Of a stretch of DNA of 64,000 nucleotides, positions 51,001 to 58,807 are shown one piece after another. This DNA comes from Gammaproteobacteria bacterium (GTDB lineage: Bacteria; Pseudomonadota; Gammaproteobacteria; HK1): assembly GCA_009937425.1 (NCBI GenBank), contig JAACFO010000006.1:5196-69195 (forward strand), read 5' to 3'. How positions within the stretch are numbered: the stretch's first letter is position 1; the number at the start of each line of letters is the position of its first letter. The position numbers and the translations under genes were made by a program. The notes below the pieces were generated by a model, which ran no database searches, was not told the DNA's origin, and was given only the letters and a program-made list of their open reading frames with translations.

Positions 51001-51297
51001 GGCGCGGGTGACCGCGAGGCCCATGAAATAGAAAAAGGTCGCTACGTCGGAGTCGCCGCTATCGAGCTGGTACCAGTGCGAATCCAGTTCGCGGCTTTCC
51101 AGATAACTGGCTACGAGGGTCGTCTTGCCCGAACCCGGTGGTCCCCAGACCCACAGCACCGACGCGTGTTGACGCTCATCGAGCACCGAGAAAAGCTGCT
51201 CTCGCGCGAGTACCGAAGCCAGAGTGGGGCGGGTTGTTTTAGTAAGCGCCCCGGGATGTGTCCGTGGGTACATGATCGGCAGCCCTCTAACGAGCAT
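48031..51297 (-). CDS. MalT-like STAND NTPase with helical-repeat sensor region and C-terminal SARP module (OmpR-type wHTH + BTAD)
   Basis: It has Walker A GPPGSGKT (51121-51144) and the Walker B-like ALVLDNYQE, then about 550 aa of helical repeats. The C-terminal 250 aa contain FGRFEILRDGKP...LLKALV...TTLHRLRKNL and the BTAD-like ELAEAFYRRLMLCYRELGRQAEAVDVYNTCKRVF. ATG 51273 is an alternative start. Confidence 0.8.
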   Translation of the reverse strand: MLVRGLPIMYPRTHPGALTKTTRPTLASVLAREQLFSVLDERQHASVLWVWGPPGSGKTTLVASYLESRELDSHWYQLDSGDSDVATFFYFMGLAVTRARGRPSGSPPLYTSEYRRDLGAFSRHYFQSLYASLELPFALVLDNYQEVSPQSAFHSAILDAVAELPPHGCIIVISRSEPPASMVRLRANQAMQMLGWNDLRLLREESDAIVKLWGADIDEAGLGQIYEKTQGWAAGLILMLDQAAATGTTTALPVASAPQLIFDYLAGEVFQKFDHATRQLLLMTAFLPQVTESMAIELTGEPAAGDILARLHRGNYYVSMRSGSTGPVYAYHPLFREFLVTRACETFLDSKGQRLRRRSAALMEAEGMVDDAVDLLNQNQDWMESKRLVLEHATEMLHHGRADTLEYWIDEFPESILEQDPWLQYWRASCRFLTSQRESRLLYEEAFALFASMETEDREGLLLTCAGAMDSIIHELDDFSLLDRWIEDAGRLLSSTEWQSRKSGPTEAEARATVSLFISLVLRQPHHPEIKQWSERARKLCGRLRETMSRMSAQLLVAINLNYTGQFSQAKELVTEMRAMFESPDVPPLALTILKDIEAMYYMLNADRDACLEAVYEGIEIAESSGVDAWTTHLLSNGVGGALGAGDLDTAEELIVKMREGSREIRRLDLCNLHYYSAWLDMLREDYVAAHRELKTALRLATETGCPFYVMLCRTAMAQVLAVLGDERRAASQLRRVHEGAREIDNPLFEFMSLMVYAHSAFEHGRERSALNSLRYALGVGREHGFKHFLWWQPAMMAKLCVRALQAGIEVEYVKDLIRQRNLMPDEPPLEVEEWPWPFQIRAFGRFEILRDGKPMGFFAKLQGKPMELLKALVGFGGDDIQEFKLAESIWPRIDGDYAQRSLTTTLHRLRKNLGIDQVVALRNGRLALDPRFCWLDLRAFEELTRKIDSCLKSAGSSVSMECVNRLRERLLELYRGPFMASEGDDPRYVGLRERLRNKFERCVGELARYFETAGEWELAVDCYIRSLEVDELAEAFYRRLMLCYRELGRQAEAVDVYNTCKRVFNAELNIEPSPETKAVYERVLREL

Positions 51298-51337
51298 TCT
51301 AACGCCGGACGGGTTGCCGCAAAGCCCGGACAGGACA

Positions 51338-51355
51338 CTGTAAGGTACCTGTAAG
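51338..51355. promoter_or_regulatory. direct heptamer repeat CTGTAAG-GTAC-CTGTAAG (11-bp phasing) upstream of the STAND-SARP gene
   Basis: The exact 7-mer occurs at 51338-51344 and 51349-51355, which is 41-58 bp upstream of the ORF start. The centre also forms the 8-bp palindrome AGGTACCT. Confidence 0.3.
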
Positions 51356-51482
51356 CGGTCACGGATTCGTTAGCAAGACCGCAAAGATCGCCTTAAACAC
51401 AAGGGCTTAGCGAGGGAAATAATTTTTAATCGTTATTTCCGCCCGCTTCAGGTGTGCATCCTGGACAGGCCTGTCGGAAATT

Positions 51483-52421
51483 TTATCGCTCCGGGGTGGC
51501 CGAACGCGGTTTCCAACCCCTTTGTGCTTCTGCCTCGACGAATACGCGTTTGACATTGGGAAAGCTCGTCTTAATCAGATGATCCATGTGCGCAACCGCC
51601 TCCTCCATGTCGCCAGCTCGCAATTTGTCGGCGAAATCGACGCTGATGTTGACGAGAATAAACTCCGGGCCCATGTGCATGGTGAGCACCTCGTTGACAT
51701 GGCGCACCGCCGGTTGGGCTCTGACGATGCGCCGGATGCCAGCCACCACTTCACGGTTGGCCCGTTCACCAATAAGCAGGCCTTTGGTTTCGTAAGCAAG
51801 CCACGCGGCCGTGCCGCCAAGTATCAAGCCGATGATTATCGAGGCGATGCCGTCAAAGACAGGATTACCTGTGACATCCCCCAGCCACACGCCGAAGAAG
51901 GCTACCAACAGTCCCAGCATTGCCGCGGAGTCTTCGAACAGCACAACGAAAAATGTCGGGTCCTTTCCCTGCTGCACGGCGGCGATGTAACCGCGCTCGC
52001 CTTTGATGCGGCCAAACTCCTTGAAGGCGAAGTACCAGGCTCCGCCCTCGAAGACCATGGCGAATCCAAGGACGATATAGTTGATGAAGACGTTCTTGAC
52101 GGGATGCGGCGCCATCACCCGAACGACGCCTTCGTAGAACGACACGCCCGCGCCCACGGCAAATATCAATATGGCAACCACGAAGCTCCAGAAATAAATC
52201 TCCTTGCCGTGCCCGAATGGGAAGTCTTCGTCCGGGGGCTTGCGCGATTGCTTCAGACCGAAGAGCAGCAATATCTGGTTGCCCGTGTCCACCAGCGAAT
52301 GTACGCCCTCGGAGAGCATGGCGGAGCTGCCGGTGTAAGCGGCAGCGGCGAACTTGGTGACGGCGATGAGGCTGTTGCCAACCAGGGCAGCGATGATGAC
52401 CTTGGTCGAGCCGGACGCCAC
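51483..52421 (-). CDS. cation diffusion facilitator (CDF) family metal efflux transporter
   Basis: The 312-aa ORF has six predicted TM helices. It has SAMLSEGVHSLVDTGNQ and a C-terminal cytoplasmic domain. The GTG start lies 2 nt after the argG stop. Confidence 0.87.
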   Translation of the reverse strand: MASGSTKVIIAALVGNSLIAVTKFAAAAYTGSSAMLSEGVHSLVDTGNQILLLFGLKQSRKPPDEDFPFGHGKEIYFWSFVVAILIFAVGAGVSFYEGVVRVMAPHPVKNVFINYIVLGFAMVFEGGAWYFAFKEFGRIKGERGYIAAVQQGKDPTFFVVLFEDSAAMLGLLVAFFGVWLGDVTGNPVFDGIASIIIGLILGGTAAWLAYETKGLLIGERANREVVAGIRRIVRAQPAVRHVNEVLTMHMGPEFILVNISVDFADKLRAGDMEEAVAHMDHLIKTSFPNVKRVFVEAEAQRGWKPRSATPER

Positions 52422-52423
52422 CC

Positions 52424-53632
52424 TTATCGGCCCTTGCGGGCGGCGATACGCATGCGCAGTGCGTTGAGGCGGATGAAGCCGGCGGCGTCTCTTTGATCGT
52501 ATGCACCGTGATCGTCTTCGAACGTCACGGTAGCCGCGTCGTAGAGACTGTCGTGCTCGGAACGTCGCCCGGTTACGACGACGTTACCTTTGAAGAGCTT
52601 GATGCGCACTTCACCGTTGACCGGCTCCTGGGACGCGTCGATGAGGGTTTGCAGCATGCGGCGTTCCGGGCTCCACCAATAGCCCTGGTAGATGAGTTTC
52701 GCATAGCGCGGCATGAGCTCGTCTTTCAGGTGCGCCGATTCACGGTCCAAGGTTATGGATTCGATGGCCCGGTGGGCCTTGAGCATGATGGTACCGCCCG
52801 GTGTCTCGTAGCAGCCCCGCGCCTTCATACCCACGTAGCGATTCTCGACAATGTCCAGGCGTCCGACGCCATGCTCGCCACCCAGGCGATTGAGTTCGGC
52901 GATAACCTCACCCGGTGTCATGGCCTGGTCGTCGATGGCGACGATGTCGCCGCGCTCGAAGGTGAGTCGCAGGCTGTGCGGCTTGTCCGGAGCGTCCTCG
53001 GGGGATCGTGTCCAGCGCCACATGCCCTCGGCGGGCTCCGTCCATGGATCCTCCAGCTCGTTGCCCTCGAAGGAGATGTGCATCAAGTTGGCATCCATGG
53101 AGTAGGGCGATTCATTGCTGCTCTTGCGCTCGATGGGAATTCCGTGATCCGCCGCATAGGTGAGCAGCCGTTCCCGGGAGTTCAAGTTCCATTCCCGCCA
53201 CGGAGCAATGATCGTGATGTCCGGGTTCAGCGCGTAGGCCCCGAGCTCGAAGCGCACCTGATCGTTGCCCTTGCCGGTGGCGCCGTGGGCGATGGCATCG
53301 GCATCGGTTTTATTCGCAATCCCGACCAGGTGCTTGGCAATCAGTGGCCGCGCGATGGAGGTGCCGAGGAGGTACTCGCCCTCATAGATGGCATTGGCGC
53401 GGAACATGGGGAAGACGAAATCTCCGGCGAACTCCTCCTTGAGATCCTCGACGAAGATTTCGCTGGCGCCCAGGGCCTCGGCCTTTTGCCGGGCAGGCTC
53501 GAGTTCCTCACCCTGGCCCAGGTCGGCGGTGAATGTAACGACCTGGCAGCCGTACTCGTCCTGCAGCCATTTGAGGATTATCGAGGTATCCAGGCCTCCC
53601 GAGTAGGCCAGCACCACTTTGCGGGTTTTCAC
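52424..53632 (-). CDS. argG: argininosuccinate synthase
   Basis: It starts [17 protein letters not shown]. It also has [15 protein letters not shown] and [17 protein letters not shown]. Confidence 0.97.
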   Translation of the reverse strand: MKTRKVVLAYSGGLDTSIILKWLQDEYGCQVVTFTADLGQGEELEPARQKAEALGASEIFVEDLKEEFAGDFVFPMFRANAIYEGEYLLGTSIARPLIAKHLVGIANKTDADAIAHGATGKGNDQVRFELGAYALNPDITIIAPWREWNLNSRERLLTYAADHGIPIERKSSNESPYSMDANLMHISFEGNELEDPWTEPAEGMWRWTRSPEDAPDKPHSLRLTFERGDIVAIDDQAMTPGEVIAELNRLGGEHGVGRLDIVENRYVGMKARGCYETPGGTIMLKAHRAIESITLDRESAHLKDELMPRYAKLIYQGYWWSPERRMLQTLIDASQEPVNGEVRIKLFKGNVVVTGRRSEHDSLYDAATVTFEDDHGAYDQRDAAGFIRLNALRMRIAARKGR

Positions 53633-53762
53633 TATTGCGTCTCGCTTGCGTTATCGTCGGCCCCGGGGCCGGCCGGAAAACTGGTAATGATACCGATTTC
53701 GACCGGGCAGATCCCACCGCAGGATCAGCCTCTGCTCCCGGTTCAACGTCTATATTGGTACG

Positions 53763-55175
53763 GTGGTAATGCATACACGCAGACGGTTTCTAGCCGGACT
53801 GGGCGCCGTCTCGGCGGCGGCCCTGTCGCCGTTCGCCTCGCGCCTGACCGCCGCCGATGCCAGGGCTTCCAGCGCCGCGGTGCCGGGCTATGGTCCACTG
53901 CAGGGAGATCCGGAAGGTCTTTTGGATCTTCCTCGAGGTTTTCGCTACCGGGTGATTTCCCGGGTCGGCCAGGACATGGATGACGGTTTCGTCGTCCCGG
54001 GGCTGCCGGACGACATGCACGCCTTCCCGGCCGCAGGTGGGCGTACGATTCTGGTGCGCAATCACGAGCTCAATCCCGGCTCGAAGGAAACCGCCTTCCG
54101 CGCCATGAAGGGCTCTCTCAGCGACACCCAATTGGCGCGCATCTACGATCCGGGGGCCGGGCGCGGCGGCGTCACCACGGTGATTGTCGATGTCGCCAGC
54201 GGCAAGGTCGAACGGCAGTTTCTTTCCCTTGCCGGAACCCTGCGCAATTGCTCAGGCGGCGCGACTCCCTGGGGCAGTTGGATCAGCAGCGAGGAAATCG
54301 TCATCAGCGCCGGTCAGTATGGCGCCCGGCGCGAACACGGTTACAACTTCGAGGTTCCGGCCGCGGCCACGGGCCTGGTGAAGCCGTTGCCACTGAAAGC
54401 CATGGGGCGCTTCAATCACGAAGCCGCGGTTGTCGACCCGCGCACCGGGGCTGTCTACCAGACCGAGGATCGCGACAATGGCCTGCTGTACCGATTTCTG
54501 CCGGAAAAGCGTCAGCGTCTCGTCGCAGGCGGACGCCTCCAGGCGCTGGCGATCCGCGATCTACCGGGGGTGCACACGGGCAATCGCCAGGGTGGCGCCA
54601 TAGAATTTTCCATCGGTCAGCGCTTCGCCGTTGATTGGGTGGATTTGGACGAGGTTACGTCGCCAAACGACGATTTGCGTGAACAGGGTCGTTCCCGGGG
54701 CGCGGCGATTTTTTTGCGCGGCGAAGGCATGACGGTGGAAGTGGATGCGGCCGGTGGCGGGACCTGCATTTGGTTCGTATCCACCACCGGCGGCCCCCAC
54801 CGACTTGGCCAACTGTGGTGTTACCGGCCGGCAGTGGGCGAAGGTAGCAACCATGAGCGACGCCATCCGGGCACCATCGAACTCGGCGTCGAGCCGCGTA
54901 ACGTGGACTTGCTGCGAAACGGCGACAATCTCACTTTGGCACCCTTTGGCGATTTGCTGGTGTGCGAGGACAATCCCGTCGCCCAGCACATCGTCGGCAT
55001 TACCGCGTCCGGGGGTATGTACCGATTCGCCGCCAACCCGCGGCGCGATTCCGAGTTCGCCGGCGCAACGTTCTCGCCGGATGGGAGTACCTTGTTCGTG
55101 AATCTGCAGAATCCCGGTTTGACCTTTGCCGTGAAGGGGCCATGGGAATCGCGCCGCGCTGACGGTGGCTCTTAG
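53763..55175 (+). CDS. Tat-exported DUF839 / PhoX-like beta-propeller protein (putative phosphatase)
   Basis: It has the twin-arginine signal HTRRRFLAGLGAVSAAAL, then NCSGGATPWGSWISSEE and FSPDGSTLFVNLQ, typical of DUF839/PhoX-type proteins. Confidence 0.72.
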   Translation: MVMHTRRRFLAGLGAVSAAALSPFASRLTAADARASSAAVPGYGPLQGDPEGLLDLPRGFRYRVISRVGQDMDDGFVVPGLPDDMHAFPAAGGRTILVRNHELNPGSKETAFRAMKGSLSDTQLARIYDPGAGRGGVTTVIVDVASGKVERQFLSLAGTLRNCSGGATPWGSWISSEEIVISAGQYGARREHGYNFEVPAAATGLVKPLPLKAMGRFNHEAAVVDPRTGAVYQTEDRDNGLLYRFLPEKRQRLVAGGRLQALAIRDLPGVHTGNRQGGAIEFSIGQRFAVDWVDLDEVTSPNDDLREQGRSRGAAIFLRGEGMTVEVDAAGGGTCIWFVSTTGGPHRLGQLWCYRPAVGEGSNHERRHPGTIELGVEPRNVDLLRNGDNLTLAPFGDLLVCEDNPVAQHIVGITASGGMYRFAANPRRDSEFAGATFSPDGSTLFVNLQNPGLTFAVKGPWESRRADGGS

Positions 55176-56638
55176 GGATTGCGGGTTTTCTGCACGTGCA
55201 GGTAGTGATCCCGTAGCACCCGGGCGACGCAGCAGGTTACCTTCTTGCCGGTCGGGATGTGCAGAAACTCGTTGGGGCCGTGGGCATTGGAGCCGGGGCC
55301 AAGCACGCCGGTGATCAGAAATTCGGATTCGGGAAACTTCTCGCCAAGCATGCCCATGAAAGGAATCGTACCGCCTTCGCCCATGTAGACCGCATCGCCG
55401 CCGAAGTAATCCCGGGAGGCGGCGCCAACGGATGCCTCCAGCCAATCGCCGATGGGCGGTGCATTCCAACCGTCGGCGGCCATTTCCGGATGAAAGCTGA
55501 CATGGGCACCATGGGGGGGATCGGATTCCAGCAGTGTTTTCAGCGCCTCGGACGCTTGCCGGGCATCGCAGGTAGGCGGCAGCCTGAGCGAGATGCGCAC
55601 CGCAGTCATGGGGCGGGCCACGTTACCGGCAGCATCCAGGCTGGGGATCCCCGCCGCGCCGGTAATCTCCAGCGCCGGGCGCCAGGTGCGGTTGAGAACC
55701 ATCTCGGCACCCTGGTCGTAAATCGGGCCGGTACCGTCCAGGAACGGAAACCGGGCGTAGAGCGTGTCGCCAAGTACCTGCGCCGCGTTTCCAGCCTGCA
55801 CCCGGCGCTGTTCGGGGATCTCCACCTGAAAGCGCGCATCGTGAATGCGTCCGTCGGTCTCGTCCTCGAGTCGACTGAGGAGTTGCCGCAGCAGGCGGAA
55901 GGAGGAGGGTACGATGCCGCCGGCGTCACCGGAATGCACTCCCTCGCTGAGAACTTCCACGCTCAGATCGCCGGCGGCCATTCCCCTGAGTGACGTGGTG
56001 CACCATAACTGATCGTAGTTGCCGCATCCGGAATCCAGGCATATGACCAAATCCGGTTTGCCGATGCGCGCTGCCAGGGCGTCGATGTAGTAGGGCAGAT
56101 CGTAGCTGCCGCTTTCTTCACAGGCTTCGATGATGATCACGCATCGGGCGTGGGGGATCCCTTGTTCGGCAAGCGCCTGAATCGCCGCCAGACTCGCGAA
56201 GGCCGCGTATCCGTCGTCGGCGCCGCCGCGTCCGTACAGCCGCTGGTCCTCGATGATGGGGATCCAGGGGCCGAAGCCGTCGCGCCAACCGTGCATTTCC
56301 GGTTGCTTGTCCAAATGACCGTAAAGAAGCACGCAATTGTCGTCCTCGCCATTTCCCTGTCCATCCCCCTGGCCATCCCCCTCTCGACCAGGCACTTCCA
56401 TGAAGATGAGCGGTGTGCGTCCGTCGAGCCTCAGCACCTCGATGCGCATGCCCGGCAGCGCGTACTCGCGGCACCAGCGCTCGATCAGGGAGACCGCCTC
56501 TTCCATGTGCCCGTGGCTGTGCCAATCGGCGTCGAATGCTGGTGACTTATTCGGGATTTTTATGTATTCGACCAGCTCGGGAACGATGGACCCGTCCCAC
56601 AGTTCGTCGATGAATCGCTCAGTCGCTGCGCTATCCAT
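55172..56638 (-). CDS. M20-family metallopeptidase (dipeptidase-like)
   Basis: The 488-aa ORF has M20 metal-site motifs LLYGHLDKQP, GRGGADDGY, EACEESGS and the C-terminal HGPNEF. Confidence 0.85.
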   Translation of the reverse strand: MDSAATERFIDELWDGSIVPELVEYIKIPNKSPAFDADWHSHGHMEEAVSLIERWCREYALPGMRIEVLRLDGRTPLIFMEVPGREGDGQGDGQGNGEDDNCVLLYGHLDKQPEMHGWRDGFGPWIPIIEDQRLYGRGGADDGYAAFASLAAIQALAEQGIPHARCVIIIEACEESGSYDLPYYIDALAARIGKPDLVICLDSGCGNYDQLWCTTSLRGMAAGDLSVEVLSEGVHSGDAGGIVPSSFRLLRQLLSRLEDETDGRIHDARFQVEIPEQRRVQAGNAAQVLGDTLYARFPFLDGTGPIYDQGAEMVLNRTWRPALEITGAAGIPSLDAAGNVARPMTAVRISLRLPPTCDARQASEALKTLLESDPPHGAHVSFHPEMAADGWNAPPIGDWLEASVGAASRDYFGGDAVYMGEGGTIPFMGMLGEKFPESEFLITGVLGPGSNAHGPNEFLHIPTGKKVTCCVARVLRDHYLHVQKTRNP

Positions 56639-56724
56639 GAATCATTTCTCCGCCGGCAATACGAGCGGCTATTATAGCCACGCCAGTTCAATTGCCGGTG
56701 GAGCCCGTCTGCTCCTGTGACGCC

Positions 56725-57903
56725 ATGATCTTGCACGTGGATATGGATGCCTTCTACGCGTCGGTGGAAGAGTTGGACGATCCCGGATTGTCCGCTCATC
56801 CGGTGGTCGTGGGTGGCACGCCGGACGGGCGCGGCGTGGTGGCCGCCGCCAATTACAAGGCGCGCAAATACGGTATCCACAGTGCGATGCCCGCGGCCCA
56901 GGCCCGGCGTCTGTGTCCCCATGCGGTCTTTGTCAGGCCGCGCATGGAGCGATACGCGGAAGTTTCCCGGGCGCTGCGCGGGATCTTCGCCCGTTACACG
57001 CCGCTGGTGGAACCACTGTCCCTGGACGAGGCTTTTCTGGATGTGACCTCCAGCCTGCGCCTGTTTGGTGATGCGCAAACCATCGCCAGGCGCATCAAAA
57101 GCGAAATTCGTGCTGAACTGGGACTGGTTGCTTCGGTGGGCGTTGCGCCCAACAAATTCCTGGCCAAGTTGTCCAGCGATCTGGATAAGCCCGATGGTCT
57201 CGTGGTGGTGCCGGTGGACGCCATCGAAGCCTTCCTCGAGCCCCTGCCGGTGTCGCGACTGTGGGGTGTGGGCAAGGTGTCGAACCGCAGTCTCGCCGAA
57301 ATCGGTGTGCACACCATCGGCGATCTACGCCGCTTGCCCGAGGACCTGCTGGCGAGCCGGTTCGGAAATTCCGCCGCCCATTTGATGCGCCTTGCCAGGG
57401 GAATCGATGACCGCCAGGTAGTGCCGGATCGTGATGCCAAGTCCATCAGCCACGAAACCACCTTCGCCAGGGACATAGGCGATGCCGAGGTGCTCAAATC
57501 ATGGTTGCTGGAGCTGAGCGAACAAGTCGCGACACGCCTTCGCCGCCAGGATCTGCGGGGAAAAACCGTGTTCATCAAGGTGCGCTACGCGGATTTTCGC
57601 ACCGTCACCCGTTCCGAAAGCCTCGACGCCCCCACCAGCGTGACCAGGGAGCTTTACCTGACGGCTGCCCGGCTGCTGCAAACTCAGCTCCGGCGCAACC
57701 CACGGCCGGTACGGCTACTGGGAATAGGCGCCAGCGGTCTCAGCAACGAGGGCCTCGAGCAGGGCCAATTATTCGAGTCCCGGGACCGTGAGCAGCAGCG
57801 GCGTATCGACAGGGTCGTCGATGCGATTAAGTCGCGTTTCGGTAATCGATCCATGCGCCGTGGTGGCGGTGCCCGGCGCCCGGGAGACCGTCGTCTAGAC
57901 TGA
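56725..57903 (+). CDS. dinB: DNA polymerase IV (Y-family)
   Basis: It starts MILHVDMDAFYASVEE. It also has SLDEAFLDVT and GVAPNKFLAKLSSD. The start is ATG 56725. Confidence 0.94.
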   Translation: MILHVDMDAFYASVEELDDPGLSAHPVVVGGTPDGRGVVAAANYKARKYGIHSAMPAAQARRLCPHAVFVRPRMERYAEVSRALRGIFARYTPLVEPLSLDEAFLDVTSSLRLFGDAQTIARRIKSEIRAELGLVASVGVAPNKFLAKLSSDLDKPDGLVVVPVDAIEAFLEPLPVSRLWGVGKVSNRSLAEIGVHTIGDLRRLPEDLLASRFGNSAAHLMRLARGIDDRQVVPDRDAKSISHETTFARDIGDAEVLKSWLLELSEQVATRLRRQDLRGKTVFIKVRYADFRTVTRSESLDAPTSVTRELYLTAARLLQTQLRRNPRPVRLLGIGASGLSNEGLEQGQLFESRDREQQRRIDRVVDAIKSRFGNRSMRRGGGARRPGDRRLD

Positions 57904-57907
57904 AGCC

Positions 57908-58798
57908 ATGCATCTTGCGCCCTTTCTCATCTACGTCCTGGCCATATTCGTGCTGACGGCCGTGACCTCCTATCCGGCATTTCTGGGCCTGGAGGCTCTG
58001 GGGCTTCGCGACATGCCTTTCGACGAGATGGTCATGCGATTGTTGAAGCTCTACGGCCTGCTCGGTCTGTGGCCGCTGTTATCGAGTTTCGGTATCAACA
58101 CGCGGACCGCCTGGGGCTATGGCCCGAGCCGCGACGGCCGGGGATTTTTCAAGGGTTTGCTGCTGGGCGCCGCCATCGGTTTGGCGAGCATGGCCCTGGT
58201 TGTAGCGATCCTTCTGGCCTTCGACATTCGCGTTGCCAGGCCGGGTGTGGCCCTGAGTCCTCTGCTCCTGGCGGTTGTCCTGTTGCAGAGCGCCTTTGCC
58301 GGCTTGATGGTGGGGTTCATCGAGGAGACGTGGTTTCGTGGGGCGCTGCAAACCAGTATTGCCCGGGTCAGTAACAGCGCAATCGCCATCGTTTTCATTT
58401 CCTTCGTTTATGGCGCCATGCACTTCGTCAGCGCCGACATCAATATTCCCGCCGACGAGGTGCGCTGGCTCAGTGGTACTGCCGTGCTGTTCACCAGTTT
58501 GCACGGCTTTCGCGACCCCGCTTTCTATGATTCCTTGTTCGCCCTGGTCGCCGGCGGTCTTCTGCTGGGGTTGATTCGCTACCGAACGGGGCGCATCGTC
58601 GAATGCATCGGCATCCACGCGGGCTGGGTCATGGTGGTGAAAATTCTTCGCCAGACAACCTACCCGAACGCCGAAGCATCGTGGTCGTTCATGATTGGCG
58701 ACTACGACGGGGTCATCGGAATTCTCGCGGGTTTCTGGTTCAGCTCACTCGCCATTGCTTACTATGTTCGCTATGGACGACGGGTGTCCGCCGGCTGA
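57908..58798 (+). CDS. CPBP-family (CAAX/Abi) intramembrane glutamic endopeptidase
   Basis: It is a polytopic membrane protein with EETWFRGAL (the EExxxR motif), GAMHF (the FxxxH motif) and a later IHAGW. It starts 4 nt after the dinB stop. Confidence 0.8.
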   Translation: MHLAPFLIYVLAIFVLTAVTSYPAFLGLEALGLRDMPFDEMVMRLLKLYGLLGLWPLLSSFGINTRTAWGYGPSRDGRGFFKGLLLGAAIGLASMALVVAILLAFDIRVARPGVALSPLLLAVVLLQSAFAGLMVGFIEETWFRGALQTSIARVSNSAIAIVFISFVYGAMHFVSADINIPADEVRWLSGTAVLFTSLHGFRDPAFYDSLFALVAGGLLLGLIRYRTGRIVECIGIHAGWVMVVKILRQTTYPNAEASWSFMIGDYDGVIGILAGFWFSSLAIAYYVRYGRRVSAG

Positions 58799-58807
58799 GT
58801 CGCAGCC

